Positions 49,045 through 58,753 of a stretch of DNA of 64,000 nucleotides are shown one piece after another. The position numbers and the translations under genes are program-made. The DNA is from Rickettsiales bacterium (GTDB lineage Bacteria; Pseudomonadota; Alphaproteobacteria; Rs-D84), in the NCBI GenBank assembly GCA_031254335.1, contig JAIRUP010000011.1, positions 9,199-73,198 on the forward strand. The letters run 5' to 3'. Under the pieces are notes generated by a model. That model was not told where the DNA came from. It searched no databases and was given only the letters and a program-made list of their open reading frames with translations. The stretch's first letter is position 1. Every line of letters begins with the position of its first letter.

Positions 49045-50634
49045 ATGATAAAGAACATTTACGAGGTTCTGGCGGGCGCGTGCCAATCCAACGCCGCCAA
49101 CACTTTCTTTGTGCGTCCGCAAAAAACCTATGCCCAGCTGCTCGGCATGGTCCAGAAACGCGCCGTGAAACTGGCGAAGAAATACGGCGTCAAAAAAGGC
49201 GACACCGTCGCCTTGCTTTCCGGCACCAGCGCGGAATTTTTGGTGTCCTATTTCGCCATACTGTCGCAGGGCGCGCGCGCGCTGATGCTTGACACCGGCC
49301 TATCCAAGGCCGAACACGAAAGCATGATGAAAATCGCCGAGTGCAAGCTGGCCCTTGCGCAGAAAAGCTATTTTATCGAGGGCAGCGAAACCAAGATGGC
49401 GGACATCGAGGAACCCGATTCCGAAAGCGAATCCGAATTCCGCGCCGCCGATGTGGTCCGCGAGGACATCGCCCAGATTTCCTTCACATCCGGCACGACC
49501 GGCGTGCCGAAAATCGTGCCGCTTACGCACGGCAACCTTGTGTCCCTGGCCGAGGGCGCGCTGATTTACGGCGCGGTCATAAAGCCGGGCTTCATGTTCT
49601 ATGGATTCCTGCCGCTTTACCATATATACGGCGTCGTGATAAACATAATCGCGCCGATTGTGCTTAAATGCTCGCTTCTGATTCAGCCGGTCTTGAATCC
49701 AAAGGAATTCTTGAAGGACTTCGCCGAATACAAGCCGCATGTCATCCCGGCCGTGCCGCGCATTTGGGAGGGATTCTATAAAAAAATCATTTCCAGCGCG
49801 AAGGAAAAGAAGAAATACACCATTATGCGCGTCGTTCTTGCCGCGCAGGGATTCTTGAAACTTGTCGGCCTTGGCTCTCTCGTCAAAAAGGTGAAGGCCC
49901 CGGTGCATGAAATCTTCGGCGGGCGCGTCAGGCTCCTTGTTTCCGCGGGCGCGACATTGAAGCCGTCCGTTCGGAAATTCTTCGAGCGTTTGGACTTCGT
50001 CGTCGGCGACTGCTATGGCCTGACGGAAACGACCGGCCCCGGGAACTTCAACTTCAAGTTCAAGATGGAGGACGGCAGGACGAATTGGGCCGGGCCGCTT
50101 CCGGGAAACAAAATCAAAATCCACAATCCCGACAAGAGCGGCGTCGGCGAAATCTGGATTAAGGGCAGCCTTGTCATGAAGGGCTATCTGAACAATCCGG
50201 CCGCGAACGCCGAGAGCTTCGAGGACGGATGGTTCAAGTCCGGCGACCTTGGCGTCATCGATTCCAAGGGCCGCCTGACGGTCAAGGGCAGACGGAAGCA
50301 GATTATCGTTCTGGACAGCGGCAAGAATGTCTATCCCGACGAGTTGGAGGATTTGTATCTGCAAAACGACGACATCCTTGCGGCCGCCGTGTTCGAGCGC
50401 GTGATTAATGGCAAGACCGTCGCATACGCGGTGTTCCAGGTCGCGCCCGGGACGACGCTTGCGAAAGTGTCGCAGCTGATTAAGGTGTCGAACCTTATGA
50501 TTGCGCCGTATAAGTGGGTCAGCCATTTCGCGATTACGGAGGACGAGCTTCCGCAGACATCGGCGAAGAAGATAAAGCACTTCGAGATAAAGAAGATGCT
50601 TGACGCCGGCGCCTTCCCGCTGCGCGAGGAATAA
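49045..50634 (+). CDS. AMP-dependent synthetase/ligase (long-chain acyl-CoA synthetase-like)
   Basis: 529 aa. AMP-binding motif SFTSGTTGVPK, YGLTET, GWFKSGDLG, and the terminal SAKKIKH lysine. Confidence 0.85.
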   Translation: MIKNIYEVLAGACQSNAANTFFVRPQKTYAQLLGMVQKRAVKLAKKYGVKKGDTVALLSGTSAEFLVSYFAILSQGARALMLDTGLSKAEHESMMKIAECKLALAQKSYFIEGSETKMADIEEPDSESESEFRAADVVREDIAQISFTSGTTGVPKIVPLTHGNLVSLAEGALIYGAVIKPGFMFYGFLPLYHIYGVVINIIAPIVLKCSLLIQPVLNPKEFLKDFAEYKPHVIPAVPRIWEGFYKKIISSAKEKKKYTIMRVVLAAQGFLKLVGLGSLVKKVKAPVHEIFGGRVRLLVSAGATLKPSVRKFFERLDFVVGDCYGLTETTGPGNFNFKFKMEDGRTNWAGPLPGNKIKIHNPDKSGVGEIWIKGSLVMKGYLNNPAANAESFEDGWFKSGDLGVIDSKGRLTVKGRRKQIIVLDSGKNVYPDELEDLYLQNDDILAAAVFERVINGKTVAYAVFQVAPGTTLAKVSQLIKVSNLMIAPYKWVSHFAITEDELPQTSAKKIKHFEIKKMLDAGAFPLREE

Positions 50635-50664
50635 TTTTATAAATACCCGCATCGTTTATAAAGC

Positions 50665-50690
50665 GTCCATTATAATGGACACTTTATTTT
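50665..50690 (+). terminator. Palindromic hairpin GTCCATTATAATGGAC plus T-rich run
   Basis: Read directly, 30 nt after stop 50634. Same design as 572..591. Confidence 0.55.
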
Positions 50691-50952
50691 ATGCCGGTTC
50701 GGCGCTGGCTTTGACCTTCGGATAAAGCGCGGCGAATTCCATAAAGTCGGTATCCGTCGCTTTCAGCATTCTTGCAATCGTCTCCATTTTGGGCCATGAC
50801 ATGACCGTTTTGCCGCTCTTGCTTTTGACCACCCTTCTGCACGGATTGAATATCGTGCCGTCCAAACCCGACAATCTCGCCAATCTGAACGGACTCATAT
50901 TTTTGGTCTTTGCGAACAGGTCTATCATGGCCCATATTTCATCGTGCGTCAT
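50689..50952 (-). CDS. Small HTH (XRE/phage-repressor-like) regulator, paralog of 14097..14333
   Basis: Starts at MTHDEIWAMIDLFAKTKNMSPFRLARLSGLDGTIFNPCRR, with a GGAG Shine-Dalgarno upstream. The longer track ORF start (51015) would run through a terminator. Confidence 0.65.
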   Translation of the reverse strand: MTHDEIWAMIDLFAKTKNMSPFRLARLSGLDGTIFNPCRRVVKSKSGKTVMSWPKMETIARMLKATDTDFMEFAALYPKVKASAEPA

Positions 50953-50972
50953 TGAGGTTTCTCCTTTTGCGC

Positions 50973-51112
50973 AAAGAAAAAGCCACTTTATAAAAAGTGG
51001 CAGGAGGTTGAACAACTATCAAAACAATAGCGTAGCTTTCGCTACCCTCCTGCCGAAGCAGAAGTTGTTTTGAGAGGTTGTTCACACCCCGACGCGGACA
51101 GCCGTTCGCGTC
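50973..51112 (-). ncRNA. Structured RNA element B (homolog of element A)
   Basis: Follows TTTGATATAAT (51119..51129, minus). Identical core GGCAGGAGGGUAGCGAAAGCUAC and AACCUCCUGCCACUU. The other helices are changed in a compensatory way (GAACAAC/GUUGUUC, CAAAACA/UGUUUUG, UCUGC/GCAGG). Terminator GCCACUUU..AAAGUGGC+U5. Confidence 0.6.
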
Positions 51113-51153
51113 AAAATCATTATATCAAATCAGGAATTTTTATCAATATAAAT

Positions 51154-51684
51154 TTATCTTTGATAGGTCGCGGTTATTTGCGTTGCGTGCAGGGCGTGCG
51201 CTTTGATGATTTCTTCCGCTTCCGCCGGTGTGTCGCCGTCCATGATATGAAGCGTTTCAACATTCAGCGCGTATAAGGTGAAAATGTAAAAATGCTTCCC
51301 GGAACCCGCGGGCGGGCATGGCCCGTGATAGCCCGGCGCGCCGGAATCTCCGGCGACCTCGCGGATTGGCGGAACAAACGCTTCTCCCTTCGTGAAGCCT
51401 TGGACGGTTGCGGGTATGTCTATGACAATCCAATGATAGAATCCGTTCGGCCGCGCAGCCATCGGGTCGTGCATCACAAGCGCGAAACTTTTCGCGCCCG
51501 CCGGGGCAACGCCCCATGATAAATCCGGCGAGATGTTCGACCCGTCGCATTCGTATGCGGCCTGGTCGGCAATCATGCTCTCGCCTTCGGATATTGTGTC
51601 GCTGGAAAGCTCCCACGCGCGCGCATCGGGAATCAGCGCGAACAGAAACGAAAGCAAAAATATGAATTTTATAATCTTCCCCAT
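51154..51684 (-). CDS. YbhB/YbcL family Raf-kinase-inhibitor-like (PEBP) protein
   Basis: 176 aa. Signal peptide, then the motifs SPDLSW, FALVMHDP, YHWIVIDIP, GPCPP, HFYIFTLYAL. Confidence 0.85.
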   Translation of the reverse strand: MGKIIKFIFLLSFLFALIPDARAWELSSDTISEGESMIADQAAYECDGSNISPDLSWGVAPAGAKSFALVMHDPMAARPNGFYHWIVIDIPATVQGFTKGEAFVPPIREVAGDSGAPGYHGPCPPAGSGKHFYIFTLYALNVETLHIMDGDTPAEAEEIIKAHALHATQITATYQR

Positions 51685-51785
51685 GATTTCATAATGACAT
51701 TATTGAAGAATTAATTCATTAGGACTGTTGTCCAAATTATTTGGATTTTTTGCTTGCCATCCGCAGCCTTGGCGAAGGATGGTCC

Positions 51786-52439
51786 TTACCAGCCAAATTT
51801 ATATAAGAAGCCCATGCGGGGTTCGATATTTTGGACATTGCCGATAAGCGCGAATTCCGGCCCTTTGTTCCCAGTTCGCCCAAGGCTTTGGAATTTGATG
51901 TTAAGGTCCACATCGAACCGGCTGGTTATTATGAATCTTGTCCCAAGTTTCACCTGATACGAAAACGCCAGGTCATCGCTTGAAGAACTGTCGGCATAGC
52001 TTGTATAGATTTTGCCGCCCACGGTGCAGTTCGCGCATTTGAATTCCATGCTGTTCGACCAGACGGCGTATCCGATTCCCGCGCCCGCATAGGGCCGGAC
52101 GAAGTTCCAATATGTTTTCCCGTAAGTCGCGCCGAAAATCAAATATGCGTTGGTCGCGTTGCTTGTCTGGTGTTCGGACATAATCGTGATGTCCATTCCG
52201 CCGGCCTCGAATTCAAGCGCGACGCCGTCGCCCGCGTTGTATCCGAACGCAAGCGCCGCGCCCCGGCCGCCCAGTTCCAGTTCCTTGAAATGGTTGGGGC
52301 CGTAAGCAATCATGCTGTAATTCGGCCATACCGCGTAAAGCCCGACGGACCAGTCGCGCACCGGCGCGGATTCGTTTTCGTCGGCGAAAGCATAAACGGG
52401 GGAGAGTAAAATAAATAACGCGGGTATGATTTTTTTCAT
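51786..52439 (-). CDS. Outer-membrane beta-barrel protein (OmpW/OMP_b-brl-like)
   Basis: Starts at MKKIIPALFILLSPVYAFA. Alternating beta-strand pattern, C-terminal YKFGW. ATGA overlap with the rnc stop. Confidence 0.65.
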   Translation of the reverse strand: MKKIIPALFILLSPVYAFADENESAPVRDWSVGLYAVWPNYSMIAYGPNHFKELELGGRGAALAFGYNAGDGVALEFEAGGMDITIMSEHQTSNATNAYLIFGATYGKTYWNFVRPYAGAGIGYAVWSNSMEFKCANCTVGGKIYTSYADSSSSDDLAFSYQVKLGTRFIITSRFDVDLNIKFQSLGRTGNKGPEFALIGNVQNIEPRMGFLYKFGW

Positions 52440-53065
52440 AATATTTTTCTCAATAGTTCCTCGGCGGCGGAAAGCGTCGCGGATTTTTTGGAATGCCCGC
52501 CGCCTTTCGCCGTTTTGCCGCCCGCGCGGACTTCCACATTGAACACGGGATTGTGCGACGGGCCGCTTTCCTCCATGAATACATAAACCGGCAGAGTTCC
52601 GAAATTCTTTTGGCATAATTCTTGAAGCGTCGTTTTCGCGTCCTTTGGCGGCGCCGCGAATTCCGCCGCGACCGGCCTTAAAATCCCGCGGACGATTCCG
52701 CGCGCCGCGTCCCATCCGCCGTCTGTGTAAATCGCGCCCAAAACCGCCTCGAAGCCGTCGGCCAGGACGCCCGTTTTGTTCCCCGCGGTAAGGTGCGAAT
52801 GCCTTATTTTCGGGAACAGGCCCAAGTCTTCGGCTATTTTTCCCAATGTCGCGGTCGAAACAAGGCTGGCGTGCCTTTGGGCCAGCGCGCCCTCGGGCTC
52901 CGCCGGGAACATTTCGCCAAGCAGTTCCGCCGCCGCGAGTCCAAGCACCCGGTCGCCTAAAAATTCCAGCCGCTCGTTGTTGTCCGCCCCGTCCGCGCCG
53001 CTTTGCGTAAGCGCGCGCTCCAATAATTTTTCATCCTTGAATTCATAACCCAGCACCGACGCCAT
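52436..53065 (-). CDS. rnc: Ribonuclease III
   Basis: 209 aa. Signature NERLEFLGD, and a C-terminal dsRBD. Confidence 0.9.
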   Translation of the reverse strand: MASVLGYEFKDEKLLERALTQSGADGADNNERLEFLGDRVLGLAAAELLGEMFPAEPEGALAQRHASLVSTATLGKIAEDLGLFPKIRHSHLTAGNKTGVLADGFEAVLGAIYTDGGWDAARGIVRGILRPVAAEFAAPPKDAKTTLQELCQKNFGTLPVYVFMEESGPSHNPVFNVEVRAGGKTAKGGGHSKKSATLSAAEELLRKIL

Positions 53066-53970
53066 CAGCGGACTCCAAGTCCGAACCGCTCGAACCGCAG
53101 CTTGTGCGGCCAGTTCCAGACGGCCAAAAGCGGCGAGTAATAATTATGCGAATAGAATATGAACCACGCCTTTCCAATCAGGTTGTCGCGCGGAACGAAT
53201 CCCAGACTCGCGCGCGAGTCTTCCGAAGAATCACGGTTGTCGCCCATGAAGAAATATTTCCCGGCGGGAACCGTGAAGACCTGGGTGTTGTCGTATCGGC
53301 CGCCTTCGCTCATCTTTATAATATTGTGCTTCTTTCCGCCTGGCAGGGTTTCCACATACAGCTCTCCCGTCTGAATCCGGCATTCGTCCGGGCGAAGCTG
53401 GCAAATCGCGTCGGCCTTGTATTCGATTGTGAATCCGTAATCGACGGGCTTGTTGTCCTCGAAAATCCGGTTGCCCTTGATTACCATTATGCGCCCGCTC
53501 GATTGGTCGACGCGCTGGAAGCCGACGCCGCGAAGCATCTGCGGCAAGACGGCGACGACATATTTGCCGACGCGCTCGCGCTCCACAATCTGGCCGTTAA
53601 TCCAAAGCCGCCCGCTGCGCATCTGGACGGTGTCGCCGGGAAGCCCGACAAGCCTTTTCACATAGTCCATGCTGTCGTCCGGCGTCCTGAACACTATGAC
53701 ATCGCCGCGGCTCGGCTGCGACCGCTCGAAAAATCTGCCGTCGAACATTTTCCACGAGCCGAACGGGAATGAATAGCGCGAGTATCCATAGCTCCATTTT
53801 TTGACGAACAGATGGTCGCCGACCTCCAAGGTCGGAATCATGCTGCCGGACGGAATATTGAACGGCTCCAACAGAAAGCTGCGGAACAATATGGCGATAA
53901 GTCCGGCCCAGACTATGGTATTGAGCCAATCCTTTACGCTGCCTTCGTCCTTTCTGTATCTTCTTCTCAT
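53065..53970 (-). CDS. lepB: Signal peptidase I
   Basis: 301 aa. SGSMIPTL (catalytic Ser), KRLVGLPGD (Lys box), GDNRDSSEDSR. Confidence 0.9.
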   Translation of the reverse strand: MRRRYRKDEGSVKDWLNTIVWAGLIAILFRSFLLEPFNIPSGSMIPTLEVGDHLFVKKWSYGYSRYSFPFGSWKMFDGRFFERSQPSRGDVIVFRTPDDSMDYVKRLVGLPGDTVQMRSGRLWINGQIVERERVGKYVVAVLPQMLRGVGFQRVDQSSGRIMVIKGNRIFEDNKPVDYGFTIEYKADAICQLRPDECRIQTGELYVETLPGGKKHNIIKMSEGGRYDNTQVFTVPAGKYFFMGDNRDSSEDSRASLGFVPRDNLIGKAWFIFYSHNYYSPLLAVWNWPHKLRFERFGLGVR

Positions 53971-54037
53971 GTGGCGGTCCTTTTGCTAGGGTTAAGAATA
54001 CCCCCGGCGGCAGCGTTTTGCAACTTGTTTTTTCCGC

Positions 54038-54066
54038 TTGATTTTTCGGGGCCAAGACCTTATAAT
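54038..54066 (+). promoter_or_regulatory. Sigma-70 promoter TTGATT-N17-TATAAT upstream of rplY
   Basis: Read directly, about 68 nt upstream of ATG 54134. Confidence 0.55.
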
Positions 54067-54133
54067 CCGCCGCATGCAGCGTATCACCCTTGGAGGACGC
54101 GCATAAAACGAAAAAACCAGAAAGGACAACGCA

Positions 54134-54877
54134 ATGGCAAAAATATCATTGAATGTCGGAATCCGCGAGCGAGTTGGCAAGGGGGCCAGCCGCAAAAACC
54201 GCACCAGCGGCTTGATTCCGGGAATAATATACGGCGAGAAAAAAGCGCCGACCCCTATTGAAATCAACTCGAAGGAATGGGTGGAGCTGATTAAAAAGCC
54301 GGGCCTTCGGACGAAGCTGTTCGAGATAAAGGCCGGAAAAAACACCGAAGACGCGATGCTTGTCGATATACAATATCATTCGGTGTCCGACAAACCGATA
54401 CATGTCGACTTCAAGCGCATAGACGCGAAAAAGCCGGTCGGCGTCAGCGTCCCGGTCCGCTTGGTCAACGAAGCCCTTTCGGTCGGCGTGAAAGCCGGCG
54501 GCGTGGTGAACTTCTCGGTCCGCCAAATCGCGCTTGTGGCCAAGGTCGACAACATTCCCGAATACATAGAGATAGATTTGTCGGCGATGAAAATCGGCGA
54601 CGCCGCGCACGGCAAGGACATAAAATTGCCGTCGGGCGTGTCCCTTGGGCTTCACCAGGCCGACCTTGCGTTCGTCGCGATTACGGGCAAGGAAGAAGAG
54701 AAGGAAGTCGCCCCTGCGGCCGCTTCCGTCGCCCCTGCCGCCGGTGCCGCCGCAGCCGCCCCGGCCGCTGCCGCCGGCGCGAAACCCGCCCCGGGCGCGG
54801 CTCCTGCCGCGAAACCGGCTCCGGGTGCCGCACCGAAGGCCGCCGCGCCAGCCGCGAAACCCGCCGCCAAAAAGTAA
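54134..54877 (+). CDS. rplY: 50S ribosomal protein L25/general stress protein Ctc with Ala/Pro/Lys-rich tail
   Basis: 247 aa. N-terminal L25 fold (RE..GKGASRKNRTSGLIPGIIYG). The C-terminal 55 aa are AAPAAKPA repeats. Confidence 0.85.
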   Translation: MAKISLNVGIRERVGKGASRKNRTSGLIPGIIYGEKKAPTPIEINSKEWVELIKKPGLRTKLFEIKAGKNTEDAMLVDIQYHSVSDKPIHVDFKRIDAKKPVGVSVPVRLVNEALSVGVKAGGVVNFSVRQIALVAKVDNIPEYIEIDLSAMKIGDAAHGKDIKLPSGVSLGLHQADLAFVAITGKEEEKEVAPAAASVAPAAGAAAAAPAAAAGAKPAPGAAPAAKPAPGAAPKAAAPAAKPAAKK

Positions 54878-54897
54878 TTCTCTTTGGCATACAAACC

Positions 54898-54925
54898 AGC
54901 TCCCCTTATCGGGGAGCTTTTTTAT
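54898..54925 (+). terminator. Rho-independent terminator
   Basis: AGCTCCCC-ttatc-GGGGAGCT followed by T6. Confidence 0.85.
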
Positions 54926-54991
54926 TTTATGATTCCGTTCCTAGTGCAATAAATCTTATGCGCCGCTAATCTATCCGAAAAGGAGCGGAGC

Positions 54992-55684
54992 ATGGACAAG
55001 CCATACATAAAAATCACGAAGGACGGGCCCTATATGGTTCAGGGCCTGAGCAAAATCTCGGAAAAGGTAATCCTGACCGACGACAACGGAATCTCGGTCA
55101 AATACGGCGACGGGCAAAGTTTCCAAATCAATGCGGACCCGGTCGCGCTCTGCCGCTGCGGCAAATCCCAAAACGCCCCCTTCTGCGACGGAAGCCATAT
55201 AGAGGGCGGATTCGTCGGGACCGAAACCGCGCCGAAAACGCCCATCATGAAGAACGCCGAAATCTTCAAGGGGCCGAACCTGAACCTTGCGGACAACGAG
55301 AAATACTGCGCCTTCGCGCGGTTCTGCGACGCGGGCGGAAGGATTTGGAACCTTGTCATGGCGGGGGGCGAAATAACCGACAAGCTGGCGATGAAGGAAG
55401 CGAACCTTTGCCCGGCGGGCCGCCTTATGGCGTTCACGAAATCGGGCGAGGCATTGGAAAACAAATACGACCCGGAACTTAACATGATAGAGGACGGGGG
55501 GCTTAAAATCAGCGGCCCGCTGTGGGTGAAAGGCGGCATAGTCGTCGAATCCGAAGACGGCACGACCTATGAAGTGCGGCAGAAGCAGACGCTTTGCCGG
55601 TGCGGCGCAAGCGGAAACAAGCCGTTCTGCAACGGCGCGCACGCGTCCGTCCGCTTCCACGCGCATAAAGCCCCGCACGAATAA
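54992..55684 (+). CDS. CDGSH iron-sulfur domain protein
   Basis: Two CDGSH-type motifs: CRCGKSQNAPFCDGSH and CRCGASGNKPFCNGAH. Confidence 0.8.
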   Translation: MDKPYIKITKDGPYMVQGLSKISEKVILTDDNGISVKYGDGQSFQINADPVALCRCGKSQNAPFCDGSHIEGGFVGTETAPKTPIMKNAEIFKGPNLNLADNEKYCAFARFCDAGGRIWNLVMAGGEITDKLAMKEANLCPAGRLMAFTKSGEALENKYDPELNMIEDGGLKISGPLWVKGGIVVESEDGTTYEVRQKQTLCRCGASGNKPFCNGAHASVRFHAHKAPHE

Positions 55685-55738
55685 ATTTGCAACTTGATTT
55701 TTTTTATTGTATGATTGGTTTGCAACGAAGGACAAATC

Positions 55739-56794
55739 ATGAACTGGGTCTTATTGGCCATGCTGGTCGTGGGCATATTGAAATTCGGACAGGCTTTGCT
55801 TGCGCCGCTTCTGGTCGCGGTCTTCATATGGTATCTCTTGAACGCGGTCGCGGAATATTACCGCCGGATTTTCACGGTGAAGAATCCCGTGGCCGCGACA
55901 GTCGGCTCGTTCGCGGCGGCAATCGGAACATTCGCGATATTCGCCCTGGTCTTCCTTGTGAACATCCGCCCCATATCAAGCCAGTTCCAGGAAAAGCTGC
56001 CGCTAATCGAATCCAAAATTTCAAGCCTGCTTCACTATGTCGCGGACAATTTCGGAATCGCCACGGACTTCGCCTGGATGCCAAGCATCCAAAGCGTCGC
56101 GGTGTCGGTCGGGTCAAGCGTAGCCAACCTGGCCGCAAGCGTCGGAATCATAATGGTCTACCTGCTGTTCCTTTTTATAGAGCAGGGGACATTCCGCAAC
56201 AAGTTCAAGAAACTCTTCGATTCCAATGAAAAATACGCGCGCTGGCATAAGATAATCTCGAAAATCGACGCGGGAATAAAACGCTATCTGTTCGTCAAAA
56301 CCGCGATTTCCCTGGCGACCGCGACAACCTCGTACGCGCTGATGTCCGCGGCGGGCATAGACCTCGCGCTGTTCTGGGCGTTCCTGATTTTCATGCTGAA
56401 CTATATCCCGACATTCGGCTCCATCGTCGCGGTGTCGCTTCCGGTCTTGTATGCGTTCGCCAGCCTTTCCCTTCCGGCGGCGGTATGGATGACGGGCGGA
56501 TTGATTGGAATACAAATCCTGTTCTCGAATATTATCGAGCCGCGGATTATGGGAAGGACGCTGAACCTTTCGACGCTTGCGATATTGGTGAACCTGGTGT
56601 TTTGGGGCATGCTGTGGGGCGCGGTCGGGATGTTCTTTTCGGTGCCGCTCTTGGTCGCGGCGTTCATAGTCCTAAGCCACCTGAAACCAACGCGGCAAAT
56701 CGCGGTCCTGATGTCGGCGAACGGCGACCTTCCGGACGACACGGATTCGACGCCGGCCAAGCCCGCGCCGAAACCCAAAAAAAGCAAATCCTAG
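55739..56794 (+). CDS. AI-2E family transporter (PerM/UPF0118)
   Basis: About 351 aa from MNWVLLAMLVVG, with about 8 TM helices. NYIPTFGSIVAV and the IIEPRIMG motif are typical of the family. Confidence 0.8.
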   Translation: MNWVLLAMLVVGILKFGQALLAPLLVAVFIWYLLNAVAEYYRRIFTVKNPVAATVGSFAAAIGTFAIFALVFLVNIRPISSQFQEKLPLIESKISSLLHYVADNFGIATDFAWMPSIQSVAVSVGSSVANLAASVGIIMVYLLFLFIEQGTFRNKFKKLFDSNEKYARWHKIISKIDAGIKRYLFVKTAISLATATTSYALMSAAGIDLALFWAFLIFMLNYIPTFGSIVAVSLPVLYAFASLSLPAAVWMTGGLIGIQILFSNIIEPRIMGRTLNLSTLAILVNLVFWGMLWGAVGMFFSVPLLVAAFIVLSHLKPTRQIAVLMSANGDLPDDTDSTPAKPAPKPKKSKS

Positions 56795-58686
56795 AAATGC
56801 TTGGTTAGGCGGGTAGAAACGCCGGTGCCGAACTTGTTCAGCTCGTAAAACCACTCGATTTTAAGTCCCGTATCTATTTGCAGATTGCGGTTTATGAAGA
56901 CCGTGAAGCGGTTGCCGAATCCCGCGCTTCCGTATCGGCGCGTCGCCGCGTTCGCAAAAATTTCCAAGTTGTCCTTCCCGAACGACAAGTATTCCGCGAG
57001 CCCGAATTTCATCCCGGCCGATTGGAATTTCGAATTCAAATCCGCGGTCGCAAAAAGATAGACCAGGTCGCCATCGCCGCTTACGACGAAGCTTTTTCCG
57101 AAACCGCCGTCAAGGCCGAACGCGACGCCGTCGCGCCGCCAGGTCTTCACATCCTTGAAAGACCAGAATCCCGCGCCCGCGCTCCAAGACCAGCCGTCAA
57201 ACAGCGCGACTTCCGGGTTCATCGAAATCAAACTCGCGAATGTGAACCGCTCGAACAAGACGCCTTCGGTCCCAAGCGACCCTTCAAGTTCCAACGCGCT
57301 TATCTCCGACCATTTGTTCATGCCGAAATCGTCGTCCATGAACCTGTGATACGCCGGCGAAAAACCAAGCAGGGCGCGGCCGCCGAAATTGTCGGCCGCC
57401 GCGCCCATATACGCCGACATTATCCTGTGCGTATCGAACGCGGGCTCCAATTCCGGGGCGTCGTCGAAGACCGGCCCCAAGCCCCGCAGCGCGCGGCGCG
57501 TATAAATCAGCTCGAAACTTTTTTCGCGCATTTCCTCTTCGGTTATATTCCCGTGCGCAAGGTCGTATTGATTCATATCGAACAAAACCTCGACCACCCT
57601 CGCGCGCGACCGAAGGTCGGGCAGGCCGTCCAAGTCCTCTATTTTCTTGAAGTTTTTGACCGCGGCTTTCTCCTCGGGCGTCAATTCGTTCCAGCGCGAG
57701 GTAATCCTGGCCTGCATGGAAAGGCGGAGCTTTCCGCCCTCCACCATCGGTTCCACCGCGCGCATGACTTCGGTCGGGAAGACGGCGACGCCCCGGTTTT
57801 CCTTAATCAGCGGATTCGCGACGCGAAGCAAATCGACAAGCGCGCTGCTGCAATTCACATCCATGAAATAATAATCGGCATAGACATAGGACAGCTCCCA
57901 AATGTGCTGCTTCAAGAACTCGACCTGCTCGGGCGACAGGTTCAGCCTGAACTCTTGAAGGTTGCGGTTGTCGATGATTCCGTAAATCTTGATTTTCTCA
58001 TAATACGGCGCGACCGTCCAGATTCCCGGGTATCCGCCCGTAAAGCCCTGGACCGCGAAGACCAGCGCATTCGATGTATCCGGGGTCACCGCCGCGAAAT
58101 TCACGGTCGGGCTGCCGAAGACATTGTCGTCCTGGTCTATGCGAAGGAAGGTATGCCCGAACATGCTCGACGGATTGCCAAGCGTATTGGACGCGAAGAC
58201 GACCGACGCGGAATCGCCAAGCATCCTTGCGCGCCATTGCTCGTAATTCGGGCATCCTACGCGCGGGAAAGAAGTCCCAAGCGCGGTTTCAAGAAACGCG
58301 AGCCGCGCCGGATACGCGCAGGTCGGGTGCTGTTTAAGGAAACTGGATTTATATCCGTTCTTGAATTCGCGCTCGAACATCCTGGGCGAAAAATACGGCT
58401 CGTAAAATCCGCGGATTGTGGCTTCCAGCTCGGCCTCGGGGTTTTTCCGCCCGTCCTCGGCCAGCCAGAATTCCGGGTCGGTTATGACGGACGAACCGCC
58501 GGTAAAATGAAGCAGGGCGCGCCACGATGGGTGCGACGCAAGGTTCTGCTCTTTCGCGGCGGCAATCAGGGAATCAATCCTATCCGCGCGCGCGGCATGG
58601 CCCGCAACCGGGATAAAAAGCGCGAACAAGACGACAAGAATTTTTTTCATAAGGCGCAGTATAGACCGCCGTTTCCCATCCGTCAA
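56791..58686 (-). CDS. DUF4105 (Lnb N-terminal periplasmic domain) protein
   Basis: Signal peptide MKKILVVLFALFIPVAGHA (likely true start 58650). The FGHTFLRI motif is typical of DUF4105. The C-terminal half looks beta-rich. Confidence 0.7.
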   Translation of the reverse strand: MTDGKRRSILRLMKKILVVLFALFIPVAGHAARADRIDSLIAAAKEQNLASHPSWRALLHFTGGSSVITDPEFWLAEDGRKNPEAELEATIRGFYEPYFSPRMFEREFKNGYKSSFLKQHPTCAYPARLAFLETALGTSFPRVGCPNYEQWRARMLGDSASVVFASNTLGNPSSMFGHTFLRIDQDDNVFGSPTVNFAAVTPDTSNALVFAVQGFTGGYPGIWTVAPYYEKIKIYGIIDNRNLQEFRLNLSPEQVEFLKQHIWELSYVYADYYFMDVNCSSALVDLLRVANPLIKENRGVAVFPTEVMRAVEPMVEGGKLRLSMQARITSRWNELTPEEKAAVKNFKKIEDLDGLPDLRSRARVVEVLFDMNQYDLAHGNITEEEMREKSFELIYTRRALRGLGPVFDDAPELEPAFDTHRIMSAYMGAAADNFGGRALLGFSPAYHRFMDDDFGMNKWSEISALELEGSLGTEGVLFERFTFASLISMNPEVALFDGWSWSAGAGFWSFKDVKTWRRDGVAFGLDGGFGKSFVVSGDGDLVYLFATADLNSKFQSAGMKFGLAEYLSFGKDNLEIFANAATRRYGSAGFGNRFTVFINRNLQIDTGLKIEWFYELNKFGTGVSTRLTKHF

Positions 58687-58753
58687 GCGCCGGAAACTTT
58701 TTGTCTTGCGGGGCGATTTTTAGATGCTATAATCGCGGACAAAGAGGAATACC

